A stretch of DNA of 64,000 bases, from the NCBI RefSeq assembly GCF_052425735.1, contig NC_135765.1, positions 31,558,001-31,622,000 on the forward strand. Reading direction: 5' to 3'. The notes below the pieces were generated by a model. It was given only the letters and a program-made list of their open reading frames with translations, did no database searches and was not told the origin of the DNA. How positions within the stretch are numbered: the first letter of the stretch is position 1; each line of letters begins with the position of its first letter. Of the stretch, positions 45,601 to 58,900 are shown piece after piece. The stretch is from Oculina patagonica (Eukaryota). Made by a program: the position numbers and the translations under genes.

Positions 45601-48600
45601 TCACAATACGGACCTCCCAGCCGGTGAATAACCTATATTTCTCCTCGTGCATTGTTGAGTTATATAAGCACTTGGCAATTTTTAAGAACACTCAAGAAGT
45701 GCGAGAAGCACTCGACTGCGCCTCGTGCTTCTCTATGCACTTCTCTCGTGTTCTTAAAAATTCCCGCGTGCTTATATAACTCAACAATACACTCGGGTGC
45801 GTTTTTTATTCCTTTATCAGAGGGTCCTGAATGGGACGGGTGTCCAACTTCCCATTTCCCAGCTTAAATTTTGCCCAAAACTCATTTCCCAGCCGTTTTT
45901 TCTTTCGATTTTCCAAATACCAGTCCCGGTTTGTTTTATTGTTTAGGGACAGACCATTAGAAAAGTGAAGGGGGGGGGGGGGGTGGGGAAAAAACCAAAA
46001 AAAAAAAATCATGCAAGCCAAAATGGCAAGAAAAAAAATTCGTGCAAAGGGGAAGGCAAAGAAAAAAAATTCGTGCAGAAAGAAAGGTCCTATTAAGCAC
46101 TGAAAATACCTGTCATCATTTAACACTTGATGAGATCAATTATTCGACGAAATATATGGTGGAGAACGCTGAAAATAGCATTTCCGAGCCTAGAAATTTC
46201 AAAATTTTCTGGGGGAGCATGCCCCCCAGACCCCCCTAGATGGATTGTGATCATAACATTCGATTAGCTCGTCTCTCTCCAGCCTTCGTAGATTGCTTAC
46301 CAGTTACCGGTAACTCTTTTCTCAAACAGATTGCAAAACACGACTGCATTGGTTTTAGTTTTCTGTTGTCAATTCCTGTCTAATATGATTTCTGCAGTAT
46401 TTTGTTATGAATTTCTCTTACGTATTGTTTCAGGTTTTGAATATGTTTATGTCTAAGTTTTCTCATGGACTTAACACGGAAATATGTGAAAAACACAAAT
46501 CTACTATACGAAGTGAGAAATTCATCCTGCTTTGGTGTTTTAAGAAGCGAAAGAAGATGTACATAGAACTACAGTGTCCATTAGGGACACAGGGTGGTGT
46601 ATGATTGGGATCACACTTTAAAAGCTGATATCAATTCAAAAACCTCTAATCCATTACAGACAATCAAAAAGACTTTTTCCTTATTAACTATTTTTTTTTG
46701 TAGAAAAGGGGTGGGTCAGGTAATTTCCAACCCCTGATCAGGGGTGGGTCAGTCAGTTTTGAGCTAGAAGGAAAGGGTGGGTCACATATTTTTCAGTCTC
46801 CACTTTTCCAGTTGCACCACCCCTTGACCCCCTCCCCCCCCCCCTTCAGTACTTATTGACAGTCCCTAAAGGATGAAATCAATGAACAACAGCATTTTTA
46901 AAATATTTTAACAATTAAGCAAATAATCAACAAAGCAACATTTGTCAAAAACATGGTATAAAGTAGCAATACATGACATTTGTCTGAAAAAAAAAAACAG
47001 TTGTCTGAAAAAAAATTCGAGCAGAGGGTTTCACCCGAAAAAAAAATTCCTGCACAAGAAATGGACAGAAAAAAAATTCGTGCAAGCCGAAAATTCCCCA
47101 CCCCCCCCCCTATCACTTTTCTAATGGTCCGCCCCTTATTTGTTTGTGATTCCCAGTCCCAGTGACCCAAATCTATTTTCCCAGTGAAAATTTGCCAAAA
47201 TCCCAGCTCCCATTTTACCCCTTCGGGTCCCTCCAATCACAAAGCGTAGTAATGCAAAACCAAAGAACACTCAAGTGAAAACCGCTGTAAGATACATAAT
47301 TTATGTATTTCCAAAAGTAATTTATTTCGTAGTTACCTTCTTTGTCTGCCATCCTCAGTCCTCCGCTCGGACATCCAGCTACGCATTCGAGCTAAGTGAC
47401 CAGGCAATCTAGCGGACCTTATTCGAGAAGTGAAACATTTTTTCGAATCCTTTTTTTCGTCCTCCTCTCTGATAACCTTCAGTTCCATTCTTTGCGGCAT
47501 TTCCTCTGTCCAGCGGTTTATTAACGGGGGAACAACAGCAACGGGACTCACGCGGGACTTCCCGATTAAACCCGAGGAATTAATGCTGGCGCCCGCGGGT
47601 TGTTTGCCTTTTCCAGAGAATATTTTAGAGTTTTCTGGGGAAAGCACAATAACAACGGGATCTAAGTGGATCGTCCTGATTGAACCCGAGGGATTCACGC
47701 TAGTTTTTCCTTTCCTCTCGTTCATTCTTTCCGCATGCATGTGGAAGGCTTGCTCTTGAACCGTTTTAGAAGTTCCTGGAATTCCCGGGACGAAGTCACA
47801 ATGAGCGGGATCGGTTTTCTGATCGAATATCTTCACAACTCTTGAGGGACCTTGCATAGCGGAGTTATTGTGCTCTGTTAATTTAGCGACCGTCGATTCT
47901 GATTTGCCCTGTCTGGAAGGAGCTTCTCTCACTTCAATTTTATCCCTGTGGCTCTCGGAATCTTCAATAAAAGCGCGGTTTTCTTTTCCGCAAACAATTT
48001 TGCCAGGATTCTTGCCTTTCTTCTCCTTTTCCCCATCAGCCACCTCTGACTTATTTACATCCGGGATAGTAGAGTGATCCGGCTCCGACACACTAAACCT
48101 GCCAACCGTGATCGGAGGTCTCTCACGAGACTGGTGACAAGCGACTTTCATGACACCTGCGTAACACACTACTGTCACGATCAGTGGAGTCACGAAACAC
48201 GTCACGGTGGCAAAAATCGTGTAGGGTTTGTCGTACTCCCACTGGACAGTACAGATGAACTCGTATGGCAAGTAAGCATACCTACAACAACGAGAAAGGA
48301 AAATGTAAAAGTTCTAATACAAATAAGACAAAATCCATTAGGATATCGAGTAATTTAAATTTTAGTTGGACAAAAATCAAGTACAAGAACAATTTAAATC
48401 CTATTGCGTTATTTTCTAGCCTTTTAAAAAAAATAAAGATGTAAGTAATTATCCGTGAAAACACTAACAACAATTTCTTATCAGAACCCGAGAAAATTAA
48501 TTTAAAAGTTTACAAGAACCATGTAAATTATAGGTAAAATCTCACGTGTAGCTATTTTGTAAAATCGTCTTTTAAGCGACTCAGTGGAATTTAGTAGAAC

Positions 48601-49624
48601 TTCGAAATTTGTTTTCGATGTTTGGCGTTGCTAGATTTCTTTTGAAAAGATATTTGAAACAGTAACACAAAAGTTTGCAATAAGATGTAAACAATTTTGG
48701 TATATAATTTTGTCCAATTAATACTTGAAGTCCTGGCGGATTCCGTCTTAATTCCTTTTTTAAACAAAGAACTGAAAGATAAAATAATTATCTTCCTTCG
48801 CATTTATTTTTAGTTAGATAACATTAGCAGGACATGACATAAGTCCTGCGTGGGAAAATGTAATAGTGTGACAATTATTTCGGATAGGGAGGGGGGCCTA
48901 AGGAACTTAAAGTGCAACCAGTTCCTCCGAAATAAACTTCAACGCAGAATAATTTTTTGCAATATCCTGTGAATCGGTTGAAGTGATATGTACGTTATTC
49001 ACACCCCTACTGTGAAGTAAACATCCCTTCAAAAGAAATATTTAAGATTATAGATTTCTGTTAATACATGTAAGTTCTAATTTTAAATACCACATCGTTA
49101 TCATTTCAAGAGAAATACGCCTCTCTCAGAAGCCTACAGCTACAGAGAAAGACAAGAAAGATAATTTTAAAAAAATAGACAAACCTTGACCAGCCAAGTA
49201 CAGGAAGGGATGCAACAAATAAAGCCTGCAGCCAGATGTAGGTCAACACAATCCTCGCTCTCACGACTGTCAGCCAAGAACGGTAGTTCAGTGGATAGAC
49301 GATCGCCAGCCATCGATCAACCGAGACTGCAGTGAGCGTCAGCACGGAGGTGATACAGAAGAGCGAGTTTGTTAGTCCGCTTATCGTGCACAAAGTTTCT
49401 CCAAATATCCACTGATGGCGGAATGCTGAAGTAGCTATCAGAGGCATTCCAAGTATCGACTGAAGAAGATCTGCGATTGCGAGATTCGCAAGAAACATCC
49501 CTGTCACATCACGTAACGGTTCGTAACGAATTATCACGAACAATGTCAGCACGTTTCCAATTACACCGATGATTGTTATTCCGATTACGACGATGCCCGT
49601 AACAAACCCGATATCGACCGGCAT
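42642..49624 (-). CDS. Class A orphan GPCR copy 2, 3 exons, about 555 aa
   Basis: Exons 49624-49185, 48281-47337, 42924-42642; same intron positions and motifs as copy 1. Confidence 0.9.
43075..47240. repeat. Composite repeat block in GPCR2 intron 2: two diverged tandem copies of an about 1.1-1.2 kb element plus nested MITEs
   Basis: About 43270-44390 resembles 44395-45640, each ending in a CCGTATAGTG..AAACTGTG/CACAGTTTTTCAC.ATACGG hairpin; GAGGGTCCTGAA/TTCGGGTCCCTC-ended element at about 45820-47233. Confidence 0.65.
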
Positions 49625-51329
49625 CTTGGACGATACGGGTGTTTACAGCACGATTAACAATGCAGTACGGTCATTTATCGCCTGGTAAAGCATGCAATAC
49701 AGTGTCTTGACGCAAGTCACGTCTGAAGAACGAAATAGAGAAAAGTAAACACTGATGGACGATAATACAAACGGTTCTTGTCCCTTTGTTATGACGGTCA
49801 GTTCTTCTTCAAAAAGATGATATCTTGGTTGCCGTACTCCATAAAAAAGTTCCTAATATGCCCTTTAACGTTGCACTGTTTTTAACAACGTTTTCTTCAC
49901 CAGACAAACTCAACCCATATACGCTTTCAAGCAACTAACCGTCCGCTTCAAAAGATCATCACATTACATGACAGAACTGCCGATGCTTTGTTGGTGTTTC
50001 TTCTGTACAAAAAATATAAAACTGATGTTTTCGTTGGCACCAGATGATTATTTTCCAGGAAATAAAAGTCTGCAGTTAAAAAGAGTACAAATACCTCAGG
50101 AACGAATCAAGACAAACCATCGACTGATCACAAACCAGCTTTGTGATCAGTTGGTTCTACTTTGCTGTCAATACTAACAACAGTTCTTTTTTACAGGAAA
50201 TTTCTTCCAGCGAATAAAACGCCATACGCTGAATAGCGGCTTGTTAGCAGGGATGAGGTTCCGCCTTTTTGTTGAGGTGCTTTGTGGAAAATAAGCCGCT
50301 TTCGCCATAGAAGATTCCAAATTCAGCTGTACCAGTCTTTCGTGTTTGTTCTGAAACGAAGTACGGTTTGAAATTCCCAAATCCACTAAGCGTCCTATAA
50401 ACAAGCCTGTTTTCAGTTCCTATATCAACACTTAACAGAAAATATTTTTTTATCAAACAATCATTGCATGCATTGCTCATATTCTATGATAAAACTCCCA
50501 AAAAATTATAATTATTGTCATTGTCTTTATAAAAAGGCAAAACCATAAAAGCCTACAAATCGGAAATGACCATCAGAAAATTGTGTTCAAAAAATCTTCA
50601 CTGACTTAATTAATTTTAAAGTATAATTTTTTAAAATAGTATTCTCAATTTTTCTTTCAATCTCGAAATTTTTTTCAAGTTTGTTTGGTTGTTGTCATAG
50701 CAACAGTCCTTTTCGATTCCTTCTGTGAAAAGAACTTTAAAAGCAACAAGCACCTGCAAAAATTTTGTTTCCTGTGTGAAACGAAACGTGTTTTTGAAGT
50801 GTCGTTCGTGAAAAGAAAGACACGTTTTTATATGGAACTCTGGTTCACAATGAAAAAAGGCGCATTCTGATTGGCTCCCTGAGCGATACGTATTTCGCAA
50901 TACAGACCGCTAAGATAAACCGCTTACAAAGTTGTTTCGCCAAATTGCGTTTTAAAGAATATTGTTCAAAAGTGAAAAAAAAAAAAACAGTTTGCTGAGA
51001 AGTATTTTTCCTTCACGCGTGGTGAATAATTTCGGTCAAACTTCCACGTCACGAAAGTGCACGCGTTTGCCGAGATTTATCAGCAAAGTTTTTAAAAAAG
51101 CCATCGTAATAAAAGCTTTAGTAGCCTACGTAGCGGGCGGTTTTGTTGGGGTTAACGCGCGTGCGAGCTGACATGCGAGCAAGCAGCGAAGCCGCGAAGG
51201 GCCTAGGGTTTCTTCCCAGGCTAAAGCTTTATTGAATTACAATGTTCAGTGCGTACTGGTAAATACTGGTACCGACCATTCTAGTTCAGTATCATCTGTG
51301 TACAACAGCTTTCTGATGTTCTCTCTTAA

Positions 51330-51574
51330 GGACGTTCGCGCTAATTGTTTATGCACATCCTTAAGGCCTGGCTAAACTAGGAAACATTGTTGCGGAAACA
51401 TTGTTCCTTGTCATGTTTTCTAGGTGGCTAAAGTAGCGGGGAGCAAGGAAAATGTTTTGCTGCCCGAGTGGCCAAACTAGGAAACAATGTTCCGGGAACA
51501 AGCTGTCACGCATGCTCATGAACTAGCCAACATTGTTTCCAGGGTGGCTAAACTGGGCAACATATGTTTCGGAA

Positions 51575-51607
<33 letters not shown>

Positions 51608-52744
51608 TGACTTGAGGCAGAAACATTTTTTGTTTCCGTGAAGCAAAATTTGTTTTCGCAACATATGTTTCCCGCGTGGCTAAACTGGGAAACATTTGCG
51701 TCCGCAACATTGTTTCCGTAATAATGTTTCCCAGTTTAGCCAGGCCTTTACTGCGCACGTAATTTATGTCGCAACGTCACGCCGCGTCATGCACGAGCGC
51801 GCGCGCTGAAGAAATTTTCTAAGCACATATAGGGCTGGTAGTCATCGCGTGAACTTTGCTTTCAATTAACTCTCTTAGATGGTCGGTGACCCACACATTT
51901 TTTTTTGAACGGATCACTAAAAGTTCGATTTTTTTTGGTCCCACGTTCGTTCGAATGCCTCTTTTTGAGCTTTTTGTTTTGCTGTACGACGGTTTCAAAT
52001 ACCGCGCTTTCAGGGTTAAGTCTTACAAAAAGTTGGCAACACTAGAATTTTTTTACGCAACAGACCCACTTCTACAAAATATGACTAAGATCATTTGCCT
52101 CTTTTTTCTCATCTTCAATATTTTTAACTATAAATCCTGTAAACGATGTTGAATTGCGTTCGCCATTTTTTCAGAATCAGGGTAGTTTTCCACACGCTTT
52201 ATCTCTGAAACGAAGTCGGTGACCCCCACTTTTTTTGCATTTCCGACACAAGTAACTTATTACCTTTAATACTCTTTATAAATTCTGACGCTGACTTATT
52301 TGAGCGTAAACAACACTCATAATGTGTTCAAGACGTTTCGACCGAGAATCTTCGGTCTTCTTCGGTTGTTAACATGGCAGAAAAACAACGGCTTTTTTTA
52401 ACGGTTTCACATTTGTACGCGCGCGCGAGTGACTAATACAAGTACACGCGAACGCTGCGCGAGACTATGAACATTATGTAAGTGACTTATATACGTCATT
52501 TTTAAAAAAAGCCGTTGTTTTTCTGCCATGTTAACAACCGATGAAGACCGAAGATTCTCGGTCGAAACGTCTTGAATACATTATGAGCGTTGTTTACGCT
52601 CAAATAAGTCAGCGTCAGAATTTATAAAGAGTATTAATGTTAACTCCTGACTGCAATCTTGGTATTTTTCGTTTAACTTATTATCTGACTGCTGTAAAAA
52701 TTTTAAAAAAATCTATCGACTAGAAAATTTTCGCGCGAACGTGC
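51330..52744. mobile_element. Kolobok-like non-autonomous element carrying two nested insertions
   Basis: TTAA|GGACGTTCGCGC...GCGCGAACGTGC|TTAA; contains Harbinger MITE 51364-51747 (TTA TSD) and the PLE relic 52266-52673. Confidence 0.7.
52266..52673. mobile_element. Penelope-like retroelement relic: inverted pseudo-LTRs with hammerhead-like motifs
   Basis: About 135-bp inverted arms, a 36-nt one-sided extension and a 13-bp TSD TAACTTATTA(C/T)CT; each arm has CCGA(T/A)GA-A-GACCGA..TCGGTC-GAAAC-GTC. Confidence 0.75.
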
Positions 52745-52748
52745 TTAA

Positions 52749-52968
52749 GGCCCGTTTACACAGGCGATTTTTGTCGCGCAACAGCGATGCAATTTTTGTC
52801 GCGCCGAAGTTGCATGAAGTCTCCTGCGATATTGCGGCAATAAAATCTGATCGCCATGAAATCGCCGCGAGTTTGCACTCGTGTAAACTAGTGGCGATAT
52901 CGCAGGAGTTTCGAACCTGTTCGAAACTTGATGCAACTTCTGCGCGATAAAAAACGCCTGTGTAAATA
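52749..52968. mobile_element. Harbinger-type MITE
   Basis: TAA|GGCCCGTTTACACAGGCG...CGCCTGTGTAAA; right end eroded. Confidence 0.6.
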
Positions 52969-54129
52969 CAGAAATTCATCAACAAGAGGACATTGTCTTC
53001 GTGTACAGTGGAACCCCGTAATACGGACGCCAAAGGGACACGAAAAAGCAATATAATTGGTACATGTTTGTGTTCGCTGCAAACGCACAAAACGAATTGA
53101 CACTTCTCTTTCGGGTAATTGGCTTTTATTTATAAGCAAAAACCTTTCAAAATCTATGAAAATTCCACTAACAGCAGGAAATAAAAAAGATACCGAGGGA
53201 AAAACAAAGCGAAGTTACCCAACATCTAAAAAACACTTTAATTAGCGCGCTAAGCTATCAGTAAAAAACACTTTTTCATGGCTAAAAACATTTGTTAGAT
53301 GTTTTTCTCTTATTGCGTTTGGCATTTTTTCAGTGAAATTAACTTCACATTCAAGCGACAAACAGACGTCACAACTTTCAGTGCTGGACAATAAGAAACG
53401 AAAGATTTTCAGGTTTTTCAACGAGAATTTACTTAACAAGTATTCGTATTATTTCGTTTGAAATACTTCTTAATTAACTTATGAACAGGAAATTTATAAT
53501 TTAAATAGTTTTACACTTCAGTGGGAAGAAAATTCATCACCAGGCTCCGCCTGTGAGAATGTGATGACATCAGCAGACTCGCCAACTAAAGAGTGTCGAC
53601 TGGTGACGAACAAGCATGCACGTGGCTGAGGAGGAGATACAATACGATAGAAACTTTATTAACACTCACCAACCGGGCTTTTCAGTGTTAATTACCTAAT
53701 GTAATATTTTTTAAAAAAAACAAATTACAATAATACAATAGCGAAGCGCGCGAGTGGCGTCATGACTTAGACAAGACTCAAGACAAACAAACCAGAATTG
53801 CGAACGATTTTCGTGAAACACATTCTAAAAAAGCCGTTGTTCCTAAAACACCTTTTTAAAACGAAAATTTTGCCTAGATTCCCACTATTTCTCTCAGAAC
53901 ACGCTGGTGTTTTCTGAGCCTCGTGGGGGGTATAATCATTTGCATTCTATTTTTAGACCACGCACGCTTCGCTATTACGATGAGATAAAGGTAAAATTAC
54001 AAAATGATCACTAGATATTTTAACGTTAAGGGGGGTCCTTCTTAACTACCAATTTGTTGCTAAGAAAGATTTCTACCCGTCAAATTTTGGAAACCGAACC
54101 TCCTATGGATGAGATTTTTGCACAACTTA

Positions 54130-54966
54130 GACCCCGTTTACACGGGTCCGGACAAATTTTTGCACGGACGAATTTTGTACCTGGACCGCCTGTTTACATG
54201 GATCCGTGCAAATTTTGTTACAGATTGCAGTGGTGTTTACACGGAACCGTGCAAATTTTAGACCAGTCGCGGCATTTGAATGGCTTTTTTACGTGTCTGT
54301 TGTGATTGGTTATCGCTAATGTTTTAAGCCAATCATGTTGCAGCTAATGCAGCACGCGGCAAATCAAACATGGCGGCAGAAGCGGCAGACAAGAACTTTA
54401 CGTGGTCTGATGAAGAAATTAATTTGTTGCTTAATGTAGTTATAGACTACAAAGCAAGAAAAGCAGGGGAATCGATCCATGATGCCTCGATCGATGAAGA
54501 TGGGAAACAATGGTCATTTGCAGCAACGTGTTCGACAAAAGCCCAGCTAATCCTGCCAAAATAGCGATGCAGGCTGCCGCCGCTCGTCTTCTCATATCTG
54601 TGAACTGCTTTCTGGGTTTCTTTTGCCTCAAATTTTTAAATTTTTAAAACAAAATGTAACAAAATAAGGGCATAATGCAACAAAATGTTTCATTTTTGCT
54701 AAGCAACCAGGCAAAATATAACTAGATTCCAGGTCTTAACCGCGCTATCTGTGCAAAAAGTTGCACGGTTCGGGTGTTTACACGAGTCCGTACGAAATAT
54801 GGAACCGTGCCGGTCAAAAATTTGACCTGCTTTTTTCAGGTCCCAAACTTGCACACTTAGCCGTTCAAAAATTCGTCCAGTTCCGCCGGTCCCGTGTAAA
54901 CGCAAGGTGGAACCGTGCAAGTTTTTGTCCGTGCAAAAATTTGTCCGGACCCGTGTAAACGGGGCC
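54130..54966. mobile_element. Internally deleted PIF/Harbinger transposon retaining a Myb/SANT-like ORF fragment
   Basis: TTA TSD, about 40-bp TIRs G(A/G)CCCCGTTTACACGGGTCCGGACAAATTTTTGCACGGAC; ORF at 54370 reads FTWSDEEINLLLNVVIDYKARKAGES. Confidence 0.85.
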
Positions 54967-55141
54967 TTAGTTCTATTGAAGAATCCCTCAAAAGTTTGAA
55001 AACACGGTCATATTTGACAAGTCACGTGACCAGAATAGAAAAAACCCTAAATCTGAAAGGGCGTAAAGATCTAATAATTAAAATCAGTAATAAAAATTTG
55101 GTTTGTATCTGATCTTAAAATCGGTTGGTAAAAACGTATAA

Positions 55142-55182
55142 AACTGAATTTTCGGTAACTCTCTGTTACCTTCATCAGAGTT
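55142..55182 (-). ncRNA. Minimal type I hammerhead ribozyme motif
   Basis: Minus strand reads AACU-CUGAUGA-A-GGUAAC-AGAGA-GUUACC-GAAA-A-UUC-AGUU: intact core, 4-bp stem I, 6-bp stem II, palindromic minimal stem III. Confidence 0.7.
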
Positions 55183-55994
55183 AAAATTGGTTCAGTTTTT
55201 TGCATAATAAGTTTTTTTTATACACCGCCGGTCTCTAGGGATGTTCCCAATGTTAAATAAACTTGTGGGAATTGCACATGCTCATTCAGAAGGATTATGA
55301 AGAAGGATATGTTATCTCTAATTCTTTAAAAAAAATCGGAACTTTACTTTTCTCTCAAAAGTTTTAGGGATTTTAAATTCTAGCGCGCGGTTTGGGACTG
55401 GCACTAGTTAACCGCGTGCAATATCAATTTTTTCAATGCAGTTGTCCTCCCCACGCAAAATTCACTGTTAAGCATTGCCGAACGCTCCAAAATAGCTTGC
55501 CACCAAAACTCATCTTGAGCATTTCCTTAGCAACTGCTCTAGATCTGTAGTTAAAAAGGACTCCCCTTAATGAAAAGAAGAGAACGAGCTATCGCTATTT
55601 CCTATACACTTGCGGACCTGAGGACTTGGGCAGTTTTTAGCAAATTTCAAAACAACCAAAAAACGGTAAATCATTTCAGAATCATTGGAGTTATTTTTAA
55701 TTAGTATAATTCACAAGCCTTACTTTTGCCAGACTGGTCACCGTTATCACTGTTTGTTGTTTTGATGTCCGGCAACCTTCAAAGGAGCGAACAAAATGCA
55801 AATAGCTATTGTGTTTTGTGCACGGTCAAGACCAAAACATGCGAACTAAACAAAGAACTTTGTCAAGCTACTCACTACGCCCTTAGCAACCATTCGATAG
55901 CTACTGCGCACACTCGGTTGCCCGGCACCGCTATGCCGCATTGTTGAGTCGTGTAACAAAGGAAGCCCCCACCCCCCCCCCCCCCCCAATTTGG

Positions 55995-58900
55995 TTAATT
56001 CACGTTAGTCGCCATATTTCCTCGGGGATCGGAACGAAAACATGGCAGCACTCTCTTAAACGCCTTTCTGAACTTCCGGTAGGTCAGAGTGTAAATAAAT
56101 GGGTTGCAACCGCTGTTCAGCATGGACAGTGTCATGGTGATAATGAAAAAACTGTCGGGAAATGGGCACGAGCCGTCTGTGAACGTCACACACAGCATTC
56201 CAACGAAATGAGGCAACCAGCAGAGAACAAAGGTTCCATTCACAACAAAAAGGATAAGGGCAACTTTCATCTCTTTCCTAAAAAAAAGTACAAAACAAAA
56301 GTTAGGTCTTAAACCTATCCTTGCAGCTTTTCCTGAAAGTAGACGCTAACAGAACACTGTTCTTCTCTTGGAACATATCATGTCCCAATATCTAATAATC
56401 GTTAAATGCTCGGGTTTAATATCATTGTTTATACCCATGCCATAAAAAATACAGCCAATCAGAATACAGGAAAGCCGTTGTATATTCGACGGTATTCAAC
56501 CCAACCTTCCCATCGTGCACTGCGGTCTTATTCTCGAGGAAATTTAGTCAGCGTATTTTCCCACTTATCACTTGTATTGTCTTCGTATACACACTCGCCT
56601 AAAGGCTCGTGTGTATACCGAGAAAATACAAGTGACTCGTGAGATACTACTCCATAGTATACCACTTGAAAGCGTTGCATAACTAGTATTTATTACTCCG
56701 CTTAGTGGAGTACAAATAACGTGCGAAACGAGTACAAACAAGTCTCGTAAAGTCGTCTCGTTCTTCTTGACCGAACGAAAGATTACATAACGATAGATAT
56801 ACAGGATTTCGGAAAAAAAGAAAACAATGGATAATAAAACTCATATTAGACAATAGACATTTTAGTGTGTAGAATGCGGAACCTATTTTACTTGACATTT
56901 GTATTTTGCCTAGCTAGCGGGGCTCGTAAAAATATACAGCGTTCATCCTCTTTTAATGTCCAACAGAGCGATTTTTTAATAGGGTGAGAAAGGATTGGTT
57001 TTGGTTTTACTTCTGATTGGTTCAGAAAGTGGTGCAAGTTTTTTAAACTGATCACCAAGCGTAGCAATGCAAAACCAGAGCAAATGCGAATAACTTTCGA
57101 CGCTAAAGTGAAAACCGCTCTAAGTTAAATAATTTATACATTTCCAAAAGTAATTTTCTCCGTAGTTACCTTCTTTGTCCGCCATCCTCAGTCCTCCGCT
57201 CGGACATCCATTCACGCATTCGAGCTAAGTTACCAGGCAATCTACGAGTCCTTTTTTGCGCAGGACTGGGCTCCTCTTCCTCTTTGATCACCTCCAGTTC
57301 CCTTCTAGGCGGAATTTCCTCTGTCCAGCAGTTTATTACGGGTGAAACAGCAGGAGCGAGACTGTCAGTGGGACTCACTCGGGACTTCCCGATTCCAACC
57401 AAGGGATTTATGCTGGCGCCCGCGGGATGTTTGCCTTTTCCAGAGGAGACTTTAGATTTTTCTGGGGAGGTCACAATAACCACGGGATTTAAATGGCTCA
57501 TCCCGGTTGAACCCGAGGGACTCACGCTAGTCTTCCCTTTCCTCTTGTTAATTCTTTCCGTATGCATGTGGGAGGTTTTGTCTTGACCAGTCCCAGAAGT
57601 TCCTGGATTTCCTGGAAGGTGGACAAGATGGGCGGGATCAGGTTTCTGGTCGAATATTTTCACAACTTTTGAGGGACCTTGTATAGCAGAATTATTGTCC
57701 TCTGTTAATTTAGCGACGGTTGGTTCTGATTTGCCCTGGCTAGAAGAAGCTTTTCTCGATTCAAATTTATCCCTGTGGCTCTCGGAATCTGCAATAAAAG
57801 GGCGGTTTTCTTTTCCGAAAACAATTTTTCCGGGATTCTTGCCTTTCTTCTCCTTTTTCCCATCAGCCACCTCTGCGTTACTTTCATCCGGGATAGCAGG
57901 GTGATTTGGCTCCGATACACTGAACCTGCCAATCACCGCCGGAGGTTGCACATGGGCCTGGTGACATGCGGTTTTCATGACACTTGTGTAACACACGATT
58001 GTCACGATCAGTGGAGTTCCGAAACACGTCACGGTGACAAAAATCATGAAGGCCTTGTCGTACTCAAATTGGACAGTGCAGATGAACTCGTAGGGCAGGT
58101 AAACATACCTACAACGACAAGAAACGAAGGTTAACAAAAAATATCTTTTGTTCTTATTTGATATTTAATTCCATTAAAAAACGGGCCGTTAAAAGAGTCA
58201 TCCTCCTTCTCAGATATTTTTTATTAGTATATACTAAACAAGTGAATAGTGCTGTTCGCACGCGCTGATTGGTTAACTCGGAGGTGATTAACAAAGTACT
58301 ATTCACCTCCGAGCAGCTAAAGAGAAGCAAACTGCCTTTGCGCGTCGCTTTGTTTACCGAAAGTGATGTTTTAGTCCGCTAGTTATTCAACTTGTGTGGT
58401 ATATACTAAAGCAATTATTCACCTGAGTGTCGGTGAATGTGGTGGATATTTATACTTCACCTATACTTCGATGATAAGTAACGACGCTAGTTTATTCCTC
58501 TGCAAATTAATGAGATTCCCCGCAAAAAACGAAGTATTTTGGACGGGGAGGGGGCCTAATGAACTTAAAGTGCAATCAGTTTCCATGAAATAAAATCCAA
58601 CGAAGGAGAATTTATGCAATATCCCTTGAATGGGTTGAAGTTATATCAACGTCATTTTTCGAAAGAAATAGTTAAGACACGAGTTTTCTTTTACTACATT
58701 ACTACTTTTTAAGAAAATACGCCATAATTATAAATATTTGACAAACCTTGACCATCCGAGTACAGGAAGAAAGGCAACAAATAAAGCATGAAGCCAGATG
58801 TAGACCAACACCATCCTCGCCCTCGCGAATGTCACCCAAGAGCGGTACTCCAGTGGATAAACGATCGCCAGCCACCGATCAACTGCGACTGCAGTAAGTG

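Larger units (their letters stand above)
54030..55566. mobile_element. Kolobok-like element with TTAA TSD
   Basis: TTAA|GGGGGGTCCTTCTTAACTAC...GTAGTTAAAAAGGACTCCCC|TTAA; the paralogous empty site GCG-TTAA-TGAAAAG is visible at about 42095-42108. Confidence 0.8.

Noticed and set aside
54370-54564. Host Myb/SANT gene
   Set aside because: Truncated and enclosed by Harbinger TIRs and TSD.
47430-58134. Parallel plus-strand ORFs opposite GPCR exon 2
   Set aside because: Antisense shadows that are similar only because the paralogues are recent.
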